Assembly (NCBI GenBank): GCA_025453395.1
Contig: JALOQK010000005.1
Coordinates: forward strand, 12,684 to 76,683
From: Candidatus Omnitrophota bacterium
GTDB lineage: Bacteria; Omnitrophota; Gorgyraeia; Gygaellales; Profunditerraquicolaceae
Direction: 5' to 3'
DNA: 64,000 nt
Of the stretch, positions 37,315-46,471 are shown in pieces. Positions within the stretch are counted from its first letter, which is position 1; each line of letters opens with the position of its first letter. The position numbers and the translations under genes were made by a program. A model generated the notes under the pieces. The model did not search any database. It was not told where the DNA came from and worked only from the letters and a program-made list of their open reading frames with translations.

Positions 37315-38034
37315 ATGGCAGATAAAAATATCGTTCCAAGGCACGTGGCCATTATTATGGACGGTAACGGCAGGTGGGCCAAACTTAAAGGCCTGCCGCG
37401 CTCTGCTGGCCATCGGGAAGGCGCTTTGCGCGTGCGTGAGATAACGCGTTTTGCCGCAGAGCAGGGGGTAAGATTTTTGACTTTGTTCGCGTTCTCCACG
37501 GAGAACTGGAACCGGCCCAAGAACGAAGTGAACATGCTGATGCGCTTCTTGACCCAATTCTTGAAAGGCCAATCCAAAGAACTTAAAAAGAATAACATCC
37601 GGTTTTTGACTATCGGGGAAAAGCATCCCTTGCCGGATTTTGTTTTGCAAGAAATAGAGCGCGTTAAAGAGCAAACTTGTGATAATACCGGGCTTGTTTT
37701 GGTATTAGCGCTTAATTACGGCTCGCGTCAGGAAATAATAGAGGCATGCCGTAAGATATCTGCTTCTGTTTCAGAGGGGAAGCTTTTTTTGAAACAAATA
37801 GATGAAAAGGTTTTCTCAAAAGCGCTTTTTACAGATGGCATCCCGGATCCGGATCTGTTAATAAGAACAAGCGGTGAGATGCGCATAAGTAATTTTCTTC
37901 TCTGGCAGCTTTCTTACGCGGAACTCTATTTTCCTAAGAAATACTGGCCGGATTTTAGGCAAGAGGATTTTAAGAAGGCAATATCTGTTTACGCTAAAAG
38001 AGAAAGGCGTTTCGGTAAAGTAGATGTTTATTAA
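37315..38034 (+). CDS. uppS: Undecaprenyl diphosphate synthase
   Basis: PRHVAIIMDGNGRWAK and ENWNRP. Confidence 0.9.
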   Translation: MADKNIVPRHVAIIMDGNGRWAKLKGLPRSAGHREGALRVREITRFAAEQGVRFLTLFAFSTENWNRPKNEVNMLMRFLTQFLKGQSKELKKNNIRFLTIGEKHPLPDFVLQEIERVKEQTCDNTGLVLVLALNYGSRQEIIEACRKISASVSEGKLFLKQIDEKVFSKALFTDGIPDPDLLIRTSGEMRISNFLLWQLSYAELYFPKKYWPDFRQEDFKKAISVYAKRERRFGKVDVY

Positions 38035-38815
38035 AAGGCTTTTGAGCACTATTATTCTGGTGTCCATTATTGTTGTGGCTGTGCGCATAGACTGGCTTTG
38101 CGCGTTTGCGGTTTGCGGATTTATTGCGGTAGGGCTTTATGAATTCTTTACCATGCTTGAGAAAAAAGGCATTAATATCTATAAATATTTTGGCATTGGT
38201 ATGGGGCTTATTATCCCGGTGTCAATTGCTATACATTTTGAGCTTACTAAGAAATGGGAACTTCTTTTTATCGTGCTTGCCTTGCTGCTTTTAATCGTAA
38301 TGCAATTCAGGCGCAGGCAGAATCAAGGGGTAATCGTAGGCATATCCACTACTATATTCGGGATTATTTATGTGGCATGGTTCTTTTCATTTATGATTAA
38401 GATCCGTTATCTTGACGGGGGGATGGGGTTCTTAGCCGCCTTGTTGTTGATTACTAAGCTTGGGGATATCGGGGCATATTTAATAGGAAGCCGTTTTGGA
38501 AAAACCCCGCTTATGCCGCGGGTAAGCCCCAAGAAATCAGTAGAGGGGGCTGTTGCAAGCTTGGTTTTCAGTATAATTGGAGCTTTGGTCAGCAGGCCTT
38601 TTTTGGGGTTTGATTATATACATCTTGCGTTGTTAGGGGCTTCTCTTTCAGTGTTGGGGCAGTTGGGGGATTTGTCGGAATCCCTGATGAAGCGCGATTG
38701 TCAGGTAAAAGATTCAGGCAATATTATCCCGGGCATGGGAGGCGTATTGGATGAAATAGACAGCCTGCTTTTTACCGCTCCGGTATTTTATTTTTATTTA
38801 AGCGTAACCCTATGA
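38024..38815 (+). CDS. cdsA: Phosphatidate cytidylyltransferase
   Basis: Polytopic membrane protein with C-terminal GGVLDEIDSLLFTAP CTP-transferase motif. Confidence 0.85.
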   Translation: MFIKRLLSTIILVSIIVVAVRIDWLCAFAVCGFIAVGLYEFFTMLEKKGINIYKYFGIGMGLIIPVSIAIHFELTKKWELLFIVLALLLLIVMQFRRRQNQGVIVGISTTIFGIIYVAWFFSFMIKIRYLDGGMGFLAALLLITKLGDIGAYLIGSRFGKTPLMPRVSPKKSVEGAVASLVFSIIGALVSRPFLGFDYIHLALLGASLSVLGQLGDLSESLMKRDCQVKDSGNIIPGMGGVLDEIDSLLFTAPVFYFYLSVTL

Positions 38816-39969
38816 AACGCATCGCTATTTTAGGCTCTACCGGTTCAATCGGGAAGAATGCTTTAGAGGTAATCAACCTTTTTCCGGATAGGTTCAAGGT
38901 GGTTTTTTTAAGCGCTAATTCCAATGTCAAGCTTCTTGAAGAACAGGCGCTTAGATTTTCTCCAGAATGCATTAGTGTTTGCGATAAAGACGCTCTTTTA
39001 AAATTGAAAGGTAAAATAAAAGGATCCATAAGGCTTGTTTCTGAAGATGCCATAGAAGAGATGCTTTCTTCTTGCCGGGCAGACTTAGTGGTTTTAGCCA
39101 TAAGCGGTTCAGCCGCGCTTCGGCCGCTGCTTTGTTCTATAAACGCCGGATGTGACGTGGCTATGGCCAATAAGGAGGCGCTTGTTTGCGCGGGAGAAAT
39201 AATCATGGCGCGCGCCAGAAGCAAGAAGATTAAAATCCTCCCCGTTGATAGCGAGCAATCGGCGATCTGGCAGTGCCTGGAAGGTGAGGATAGGAATTTC
39301 TTAAAAAAAGTTTATTTGACTGCTTCTGGCGGGCCGTTTTTGGAAGCGCCTTTAAGAAATTTAAAGAATATTTCAGTTGAAAAAGTGCTTGCCCATCCGC
39401 GCTGGAATATGGGCAGGAAAATAAGCGTGGATTCAGCCACTTTAGTGAATAAAGGCTTAGAGGTGATTGAGGCGATGCATTTATTCGGCCTTGATGTAAA
39501 TCAAATAAAGGTGCTTATTCATCCCCAGGCGATCGTTCACTCTATGGTGGAATTTGTTGACGGATCGCTTAAGGCGCAGGCTTCCGTAACTGATATGCGT
39601 ATTCCCATACAATACGCGCTTTCTTATCCAGAAAGGCTTCCGGCAAAAAGCAGTTTGTTCCTTGATTTTTATAAATTAAAAGAATTAAATTTTGATAAGC
39701 CTGATCTTAAGAAATTTCCTTGTTTAGGTTTTGCTTTAGAAGTAGCTAAGAAAATGGGCAATGCCCCGTGCATTTTTAGTGCCGCAAGCGAAAAGGCCAC
39801 CGAAGCGTTTTTAGAAAAAAGAATCGGATTTTTAGACATACCAAAAGTTATAGAATATGTTCTTAGCAAAAGCTGTTATATTAAAACAATAGATTTAGGC
39901 GTTCTTCTTAGAGAAGACGCCTGGGCAAAAGAAACAGCATTGGCAAAAATTGAAAGGATAGGGCATTAA
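38812..39969 (+). CDS. dxr: 1-deoxy-D-xylulose 5-phosphate reductoisomerase
   Basis: ILGSTGSIGKNALEVI and DSEQSAIWQCL (DSEHSA-type) motif. Confidence 0.9.
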   Translation: MKRIAILGSTGSIGKNALEVINLFPDRFKVVFLSANSNVKLLEEQALRFSPECISVCDKDALLKLKGKIKGSIRLVSEDAIEEMLSSCRADLVVLAISGSAALRPLLCSINAGCDVAMANKEALVCAGEIIMARARSKKIKILPVDSEQSAIWQCLEGEDRNFLKKVYLTASGGPFLEAPLRNLKNISVEKVLAHPRWNMGRKISVDSATLVNKGLEVIEAMHLFGLDVNQIKVLIHPQAIVHSMVEFVDGSLKAQASVTDMRIPIQYALSYPERLPAKSSLFLDFYKLKELNFDKPDLKKFPCLGFALEVAKKMGNAPCIFSAASEKATEAFLEKRIGFLDIPKVIEYVLSKSCYIKTIDLGVLLREDAWAKETALAKIERIGH

Positions 39970-41045
39970 TGGGCGTTTTAGCTTTTTTCTTGATCTTGGG
40001 GATTTTGATTATTGTGCATGAGTTTGGCCATTTTATTATTGCCCGAAAGGCGGGGATAAGGGTTGAGAAATTTTCTTTAGGGTTCGGCCCGGCGATCTTA
40101 AGGAAAAAGACTAAGCAAACGGAATATACTTTAAACGCTGTTGCTTTGGGCGGGTATGTCAAGTTAGCCGGAGACAGCCTTGAGGATTATACCGGTAAAG
40201 CCGATGAGTATTTAGCGCAAAAGCCATCGCGCAGAGCCGCGGTGGTTTTTGCCGGACCGCTTTTGAATTACCTCTTGGGGATTTTTTGTTTTTGGTTGAT
40301 ATTCGTAGTCGGCTACCCGGCGCTTACCAATAAAGTCGGAGGGCTTCTTGACGGCTATGGAGCAAAAACTGCCGGTATCCAAGCGGGCGATAAGATTGTA
40401 AACATTAATGGCAAGCGAATCTTATTTTGGGAAGAATTGCAAAGGCAGGTTCAGGATGCTTCGGACAAAAGTTCCCTGGAGGTAGTAGTTTTAAGGGGGG
40501 AAAAAGAAATAAATTTTACCATTCCCCTTAAAGATAAACAGGTTGAGGACTTGATCGGCCAAAAAAAGCGCGTTGGCCTTTTGGGGGTAATTCCTGCGGA
40601 AGAATTCGTTACGGTTAGATACAATCCTTTTAAGGCGCTTTATTACGCTAGTTTAAAAAGTGTAGACTTGACGGTTATGACTTACAGGGCGCTTTGGTTT
40701 ATGGTTTCAGGGAGACTTTCTTTCCGCGATTCAGTAACCGGACCATTAGGGATTTTTTATATTACCAATAAAACCGCTGGTTTAGGCATATTGGCATTGG
40801 TGCATTTGGTGGGGATTTTAAGCATTAGTTTAGCGCTTTTTAATATTTTACCTTTCCCGGTCTTAGACGGTGGACATCTTTTCTTTCTCTTGGTTGAGAA
40901 AATACGCGGCAAAGGTTTAAGCCCTAAGGCAGATCAGATAGTGGCTAATTTTGGCATGACTGCGATTATCGCCTTAGCTATTTTTGTTACTTATAATGAT
41001 ATTTTAAAATTCAAAGACAAGTTATTCGGTTTTTTTATTAAATAA
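39969..41045 (+). CDS. rseP: RIP metalloprotease RseP (site-2 protease)
   Basis: HEFGHFIIARKAG zinc motif, PDZ-like middle, LDGGH C-terminal motif. Confidence 0.85.
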   Translation: MGVLAFFLILGILIIVHEFGHFIIARKAGIRVEKFSLGFGPAILRKKTKQTEYTLNAVALGGYVKLAGDSLEDYTGKADEYLAQKPSRRAAVVFAGPLLNYLLGIFCFWLIFVVGYPALTNKVGGLLDGYGAKTAGIQAGDKIVNINGKRILFWEELQRQVQDASDKSSLEVVVLRGEKEINFTIPLKDKQVEDLIGQKKRVGLLGVIPAEEFVTVRYNPFKALYYASLKSVDLTVMTYRALWFMVSGRLSFRDSVTGPLGIFYITNKTAGLGILALVHLVGILSISLALFNILPFPVLDGGHLFFLLVEKIRGKGLSPKADQIVANFGMTAIIALAIFVTYNDILKFKDKLFGFFIK

Positions 41046-41047
41046 AA

Positions 41048-42118
41048 ATGCGGATTAAAAGAAGAAAAACAAGGATCATTAAGGTTGGGAATGTTTTTTT
41101 AGGCGGCAACTATCCTGTTGCGGTGCAGTCCATGGCAAAATACAAGACCTCGGACTGCGAGGCGGTTATCCGTCAGATAAATAAGCTTTCTTCTTGCGGC
41201 TGCGAGATTGTGCGTTTGGCAATAAAAGATACCGACGACGCGCTTGCCGTGAAAAGGATTAAGTCTTCTGTTAGAATTCCGCTTGTGGCGGATATACATT
41301 TTAATTATAAGTTTGCTATTGCCGCCATTGAAAACGGGATTGATAAGATAAGGCTTAATCCGGGGAATATTTATAAAACTAAAGAAGTAAATGCGGTTGT
41401 GGATTCAGCTAAGGCGCATCATATCCCGATAAGGGTAGGGCTTAATTCCGGGTCGTTGCGTTCTGATTATAAAGGCATTGCCTTAGGGATGGTAAAGTCA
41501 GCTTTAGGCTATATCAAAGTATTAGAGAAAAGAAATTTTCATGATATTGTAGTTTCCTTAAAAGCCTCCAATATTTTAGACACCGTAGAGGCCTATCGTA
41601 AGATGAGTTCTGTTTGCGATTATCCGCTGCATTTGGGCCTAACTGCTACTGGGCTTCCTAAGCAGGGGATGGTCAGCTCTTCCATCGCAATAGGGGCTTT
41701 GCTTTTAGACGGTATCGGTGATACAATAAGGATATCCTTAACCGATAAGCCCGAAGAGGAAGCCAGAGCCGCGCGTTGGATATTACAGGCTTTGGGCTTG
41801 CGTAATTTTGGTTTTGAGGTAATAAGCTGTCCTACTTGCGGCAGATGTGAAGTAGATTTAGTTAATATTGTGCGTGATTTTGAGAATCAGCTATCAGCTA
41901 TCAGCTGTCAGCTTTCAGCTAAACCGATTAAAGTGGCACTCATGGGCTGCGTGGTCAATGGCCCTGGTGAAGCAAAGCACGCTGATATAGGAGTTGCCTT
42001 TGGTAAAAAAGATGGGCTTTTGTTTAAGAAAGGAAAGCCTGTATCCAAGGTCTCCACAGATAGTTGCGTGGAAACGCTTATTAAACAGCTAAGGAGTTTT
42101 TCATGTCGCGGGAAATAA
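41048..42118 (+). CDS. ispG: 4-hydroxy-3-methylbut-2-enyl diphosphate synthase
   Basis: ISCPTCGRCEVDL and MGCVVNGPGEAKHADIGVA [4Fe-4S] motifs. Contains an in-frame family B heptamer repeat (NQLSAISCQLSA). Confidence 0.9.
   Translation: MRIKRRKTRIIKVGNVFLGGNYPVAVQSMAKYKTSDCEAVIRQINKLSSCGCEIVRLAIKDTDDALAVKRIKSSVRIPLVADIHFNYKFAIAAIENGIDKIRLNPGNIYKTKEVNAVVDSAKAHHIPIRVGLNSGSLRSDYKGIALGMVKSALGYIKVLEKRNFHDIVVSLKASNILDTVEAYRKMSSVCDYPLHLGLTATGLPKQGMVSSSIAIGALLLDGIGDTIRISLTDKPEEEARAARWILQALGLRNFGFEVISCPTCGRCEVDLVNIVRDFENQLSAISCQLSAKPIKVALMGCVVNGPGEAKHADIGVAFGKKDGLLFKKGKPVSKVSTDSCVETLIKQLRSFSCRGK
41887..41919 (+). repeat. Family B heptamer repeat, in-frame inside ispG
   Basis: cagctatcagctatcagctgtcagctttcagct. 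Confidence 0.8.
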
Positions 42119-43359
42119 AAGAAAAAATAAAAAATAAGATCATTAGCCAGTACAGCGGGCTTTTACTTAATAACGCTGATAAACAGTTAATGCGCCAGAA
42201 AGTAGCAGATGCCGTTGATATTTTAATTACAGAAGATTTCCCGAAGTTAGAAGATGAGGTGAAGGCTAAATTAAAAGAAGAACTAACAGACGAGTTGACC
42301 GGATTAGGCCCCATAGAAAAACTTATGCTTGACCCTCAGGTTACTGAGGTGATGATAAACGGCCCGCGTAAGGTGTACGCGGAAATAGGCGGAAAAACCA
42401 AACTGACAAATGTTGCCTTTGACAATGAAGCGCATTTGATGTATTTCTTGAATAAAATGCTTCTTCCCACCCGCCGCCGGGTTGATGAAAGCCTGCCCTA
42501 CACGGAAATTGCCCTGGATTCAGGCGCTAGGGTTAATATTGTTATCGCGCCTCTTGCCTTAAATGGCCCGGTAGTTACGATCAGGAAATTTCTTAAGGAA
42601 ATAAAGACTATCGAAGATCTGGTGAATTTGGGGACTATGGACAATCGGATGAGCCAGTTTTTAAAAGCCTCAATTCAGGCGCAGGCAAATGTTATTTTTA
42701 GCGGGCCTACCGGAGTTGGCAAGACTACGACCTTAAACGTTCTTTCTTCTTACATTTCGGAGAAAGAAAGGATAATCACTATTGAAGATACCGCGGAATT
42801 AAGGTTGACCCAGGATCATGTGGTGCGCTTGGAATCCCGCAATCCAAACATGGACGGAAAAGGCGAGATCACTATCCGTGAACTTTTTAAGAATTCCTTA
42901 AGGATGCGCCCGGATAGAATTATCTTAGGCGAGATCCGCGGCGCGGAAGCCTTGGAGATGCTGCAGGCGATTTGTTCCGGGCACAGGGGGTCATTATCTG
43001 TCCTGCATGCCAGTTCTCCCCAAGATGTGATATACCGGCTTGAAACGATGATCTTAACCAGCGGGATTTCTATTTCGCTTGAGGCTATTCAAAGGCAGAT
43101 GTCCGCTTCTTTGGATCTAATCGTTCAACAGGAACAGCTTTTGGATGGCTCAAGAAAAATAACCCATATTACTCAAGCCAATGGCACCAAAGATGGGCAA
43201 GTTTGCCTGGAAGATATTTTTATCTATGACCTGGAAGGCATAACAGCAGACGGTAAAGTTAAAGGCAAATGGAAGGCAACCGGAGTAGTCCCGAAATTTT
43301 ATCCGCAATTAGTCAAAAAAGGCATTGCCCTGGACCAGGGTATTTTTAATAAAGGATAA
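42103..43359 (+). CDS. CpaF/TadA-family secretion ATPase (type II/IV secretion NTPase), orphan
   Basis: IFSGPTGVGKTTTLNV Walker A, IEDTAELRL, DRIILGEIRGAEA. No TadB/TadC/CpaE neighbours. Confidence 0.8.
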   Translation: MSREIKEKIKNKIISQYSGLLLNNADKQLMRQKVADAVDILITEDFPKLEDEVKAKLKEELTDELTGLGPIEKLMLDPQVTEVMINGPRKVYAEIGGKTKLTNVAFDNEAHLMYFLNKMLLPTRRRVDESLPYTEIALDSGARVNIVIAPLALNGPVVTIRKFLKEIKTIEDLVNLGTMDNRMSQFLKASIQAQANVIFSGPTGVGKTTTLNVLSSYISEKERIITIEDTAELRLTQDHVVRLESRNPNMDGKGEITIRELFKNSLRMRPDRIILGEIRGAEALEMLQAICSGHRGSLSVLHASSPQDVIYRLETMILTSGISISLEAIQRQMSASLDLIVQQEQLLDGSRKITHITQANGTKDGQVCLEDIFIYDLEGITADGKVKGKWKATGVVPKFYPQLVKKGIALDQGIFNKG

Positions 43360-43372
43360 AGGAGAACGATTC

Positions 43373-44626
43373 ATGTTTTGGTCAAAGTCGCTTATACCTA
43401 CGCTCAAAGAGGCTGCCCAAGAGGCAGAATCTTTTACGCATCAGATGATGCTAAGGGCAGGCCTAATCCGCATGCTTATCTCAGGGGTGTATTCATACCT
43501 GCCTTTAGGCTTAAGGGTATTAAAAAATATTGAGAAGATCATTCGTGAAGAGATGGATACAGCCGGAGCAGCTGAATTATTGCTTCCGGCGTTACAGCCC
43601 AAGGAGCTGTGGGAGAAAACCGGGAGAGACGCTGTTTTAGGCGACGTGATGATCCGGTTTGTGGACCGCCGGGGCAGGAATTTATGTTTAGGTCCCACTC
43701 ATGAAGAAGTGGTTACTGACTTGGTAAAGTCGTATGTGTTCAGTTACCGCCAGTTACCGTTGGTAGTTTATCAGATCCAGACTAAATTCCGCGATGAGAT
43801 ACGCCCGCGCTTTGGCTTGGTCAGGGGTTGTGAATTTGTCATGAAAGACGCCTATAGCTTTGATAAAGATACAGCAGGCCTGGAAAAAAATTACCATGTT
43901 ATGTATGAAGCGTATAAAAGAATATTTAAAAGATGCGGCATTAATATCCTTGTGGTTGAGGCGGATTCCGGGGTGATGGGAGGAAAGATTTCCCATGAGT
44001 TCATGGCTGGGGCAAGAGAGGGCGAAGATTCGGTATATTCCTGCGCCCAGTGTAATTTAGCAAAACCCTTTAAAGACGGCCAGATTGCCCCTGTATGCCA
44101 GGCCTGTAATACTGCTATGGAGAAAATAAGCGCTTTGGAGCTGGGGCATGTGTTTCAGCTGGGCACCAAATATTCCGAAAGTTTAGGCGCTAATTTTGCC
44201 GATGAGAAAGATAATCCCGTGCCTTTCATTATGGGTTGTTATGGTATCGGGGTGTCGCGATTGCTTCCGGCGATTATTGAGCATAATCATGACGCAAACG
44301 GTATTGTCTGGCCGCGTCAAGTAAGCCCCTATGATGTCCTGATTATTCCGCTTGATATAAATGATTCTAAGATCATGGATCAGGCTTTGTCTTTTTACAA
44401 GAAAATCCAGGGGCATGATTTAGAAGTTCTTCTTGATGACCGCGATGAACGCGCAGGGGTGAAATTCAAGGACGCCGACCTTATCGGAGTCACCGCGCAG
44501 GTTATTATCGGCAAAGAATACCTAAAAACCGGCAACCTTGAGTTGAAGCTGCGCAGGGGTAATGAGAAATTCTTCCTTACTGATTATGAAATATTATGCA
44601 AATTAAAAGAGTATATCCGTGGATAA
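43373..44626 (+). CDS. proS: Proline--tRNA ligase, short form without INS editing domain
   Basis: N-terminus MFWSKSLIPTLKEAAQEAESFTHQMMLRAG. 418 aa. RBS AAAGGAGAA ahead of ATG 43373. Confidence 0.85.
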   Translation: MFWSKSLIPTLKEAAQEAESFTHQMMLRAGLIRMLISGVYSYLPLGLRVLKNIEKIIREEMDTAGAAELLLPALQPKELWEKTGRDAVLGDVMIRFVDRRGRNLCLGPTHEEVVTDLVKSYVFSYRQLPLVVYQIQTKFRDEIRPRFGLVRGCEFVMKDAYSFDKDTAGLEKNYHVMYEAYKRIFKRCGINILVVEADSGVMGGKISHEFMAGAREGEDSVYSCAQCNLAKPFKDGQIAPVCQACNTAMEKISALELGHVFQLGTKYSESLGANFADEKDNPVPFIMGCYGIGVSRLLPAIIEHNHDANGIVWPRQVSPYDVLIIPLDINDSKIMDQALSFYKKIQGHDLEVLLDDRDERAGVKFKDADLIGVTAQVIIGKEYLKTGNLELKLRRGNEKFFLTDYEILCKLKEYIRG

Positions 44627-45080
44627 CGCGCATTTGGCTGTTTTATTAGAAGAGAAAATCGGCAAATCAGTGTCTGAACAGGGGTTTGAACTGGTGGAGC
44701 TTTTGTGCAGGCAAAATCAAGGCAGCTTTACCATAACCGCCCTTGTAGACCGCCGGGAAGGCGGGATCACCCTGGATGAATGCGTTTCTTTAAATTCTTT
44801 AATAGGAGAGTTTCTTGAAAAAGAAGACCTTATCCCCGGAAGTTATATTTTAGAGGTTTCTTCTCCGGGAGTGGACAGGGAATTCTCCAAGAAAAAAGAT
44901 TTTATGCGCTCTCTGAATTGCAAAATAAAATTTTTCTTAAAAGAGCAGGTTGATGGAAAAATAGAATGGGATGGGGTTTTAGAGCAAGTTAAGGATAATG
45001 ATCTAATAGTAAAAGCAAAACAGGGGTATATAGTAATTCCCCTGGAAAAAGTAAACAAGGCAAAACGGATAATCGAGTAG
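44619..45080 (+). CDS. rimP: Ribosome maturation factor RimP
   Basis: Position upstream of nusA-infB and the ILEVSSPGVDR motif. Confidence 0.85.
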   Translation: MDNAHLAVLLEEKIGKSVSEQGFELVELLCRQNQGSFTITALVDRREGGITLDECVSLNSLIGEFLEKEDLIPGSYILEVSSPGVDREFSKKKDFMRSLNCKIKFFLKEQVDGKIEWDGVLEQVKDNDLIVKAKQGYIVIPLEKVNKAKRIIE

Positions 45081-45085
45081 GCAGA

Positions 45086-45232
45086 CACCCGGCGCTTATC
45101 GTACCTTGGCAAAAATGTTTGCCAAGTACGCCCTTTCTGGGCTGAATTGGGCCGGTGTTCGCTACTGCTAACACCCGGCCCTATCGGATGGGCCGGTGTT
45201 CGCTACTGCTAACACCCGGCCCTATCGGATGG
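45086..45232 (+). repeat. 41-bp hairpin unit (gggccggtgttcgctactgctaacacccggccctatcggat) in about 2.3 tandem copies plus a degenerate upstream copy, between rimP and nusA
   Basis: Unit copies at 45140-45180, 45181-45221 and partial 45222-45232. Degenerate acacccggcgcttatcg at 45088-45104. Each unit folds as gggccggtgtt/aacacccggccc. A separate cttggcaaa/tttgccaag hairpin lies at 45107-45128. Confidence 0.85.
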
Positions 45233-45263
45233 GCCGGTGTTCATTCAATATGAAGGAGAAAAA

Positions 45264-46460
45264 ATGAGTCAGGAATTAATTGCGATATTAGAGCAAATGG
45301 GCAGGGAAAAAGGGATCAAAAAAGAGATACTCGTTGAGGCGGTGGAAAGCGCTCTTTTAAGCGCGGCGCGCAAAGTCATAGATGTGGCGCAGGAAGACCA
45401 GCTTCAAGTGCAGCTTGACGGGGTAACCGGCAAAGTCAAAGTCTTTAAAAACGGCAAAGAAGTGGATTCCGTGGATTTTGGCCGTATTGCCGCTTCTACC
45501 GCGCGTCAGGTGATCATTCAAAAGATCCGCGAGGCAGAGAAGGAAATAGTTTTTACTGAATTTAACGCTAAGATCGGAGAGATAGTTTCCGGGACAGTCT
45601 ATCGCTTTGACAAGGGCAATATTATCGTTGATCTTTTGGGCAAGGCAGAGGGCATACTTCTTAAAAGGGAGCAGTCTGGTAAGGAAGAATTCCGCCAGGG
45701 CCAGCGTATCCGGGCGTATATCTTAGAGGTAAGAAAAGAGCCTAAAGGCGCGCAGATATTTCTCTCAAGAGCGCATCCTAATTTCGTGAAAAAACTTTTT
45801 GAGCTTGAGGTCCCGGAGATATATGAAGGGATAGTCGAGATAAAGGCAGTTGCCCGTCAGGCAGGAGAGCGCACTAAGATCGCAGTTTGCTCTAAGAATG
45901 AGAAAGTTGATTCTGTGGGGGCATGCGTGGGCATGCGCGGCAACAGGGTAAAGAATATTATCAATGAAGTGCAGGGCGAAAGAGTGGAGATCGTTCCTTT
46001 TAATGAGGATATTAAGGAATATATCCGCGCTGCTCTTTCTCCGGCGCAGGTTTCCGAGATTAAGCTGGACAAACAACAGCAGAGGGCGCAGGTTATTGTG
46101 GATGACGACCAGCTTTCTCTTTGCATCGGAAAACACGGGCAGAATGTGCGTCTTGCATCGCGTTTGGTGGGATGGGAATTTGACGTGCGCAGTAAAACCC
46201 AGATAGCGGAAAGCCTATTTACTAAACCAAAAGTTGAGCCTGTTCAGCAACAGCCTGCGGCTGTAAGCGAAGAGAAGAGTCCTTTAGGGCAATTAGAAGG
46301 CGTGGGGGACAAAACATTGGCTATTTTAGCCGAGAATGGTTTTAAAACTATTTTAGATTTAGCCAAAGCTAAAGCAGAAGATTTGACAAAGTTAAAAGGC
46401 ATTGGAGAAAAGAAGGCGGAAAAACTAATTGAACAGGCTAAAAAACTATCCAAGAAATAG
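45264..46460 (+). CDS. nusA: Transcription termination/antitermination factor NusA
   Basis: MSQELIAILEQMGREKGIKKEIL start, S1 and KH domains, C-terminal HhH. RBS GAAGGAGAA. Confidence 0.9.
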   Translation: MSQELIAILEQMGREKGIKKEILVEAVESALLSAARKVIDVAQEDQLQVQLDGVTGKVKVFKNGKEVDSVDFGRIAASTARQVIIQKIREAEKEIVFTEFNAKIGEIVSGTVYRFDKGNIIVDLLGKAEGILLKREQSGKEEFRQGQRIRAYILEVRKEPKGAQIFLSRAHPNFVKKLFELEVPEIYEGIVEIKAVARQAGERTKIAVCSKNEKVDSVGACVGMRGNRVKNIINEVQGERVEIVPFNEDIKEYIRAALSPAQVSEIKLDKQQQRAQVIVDDDQLSLCIGKHGQNVRLASRLVGWEFDVRSKTQIAESLFTKPKVEPVQQQPAAVSEEKSPLGQLEGVGDKTLAILAENGFKTILDLAKAKAEDLTKLKGIGEKKAEKLIEQAKKLSKK

Positions 46461-46471
46461 AGGTATAGACT

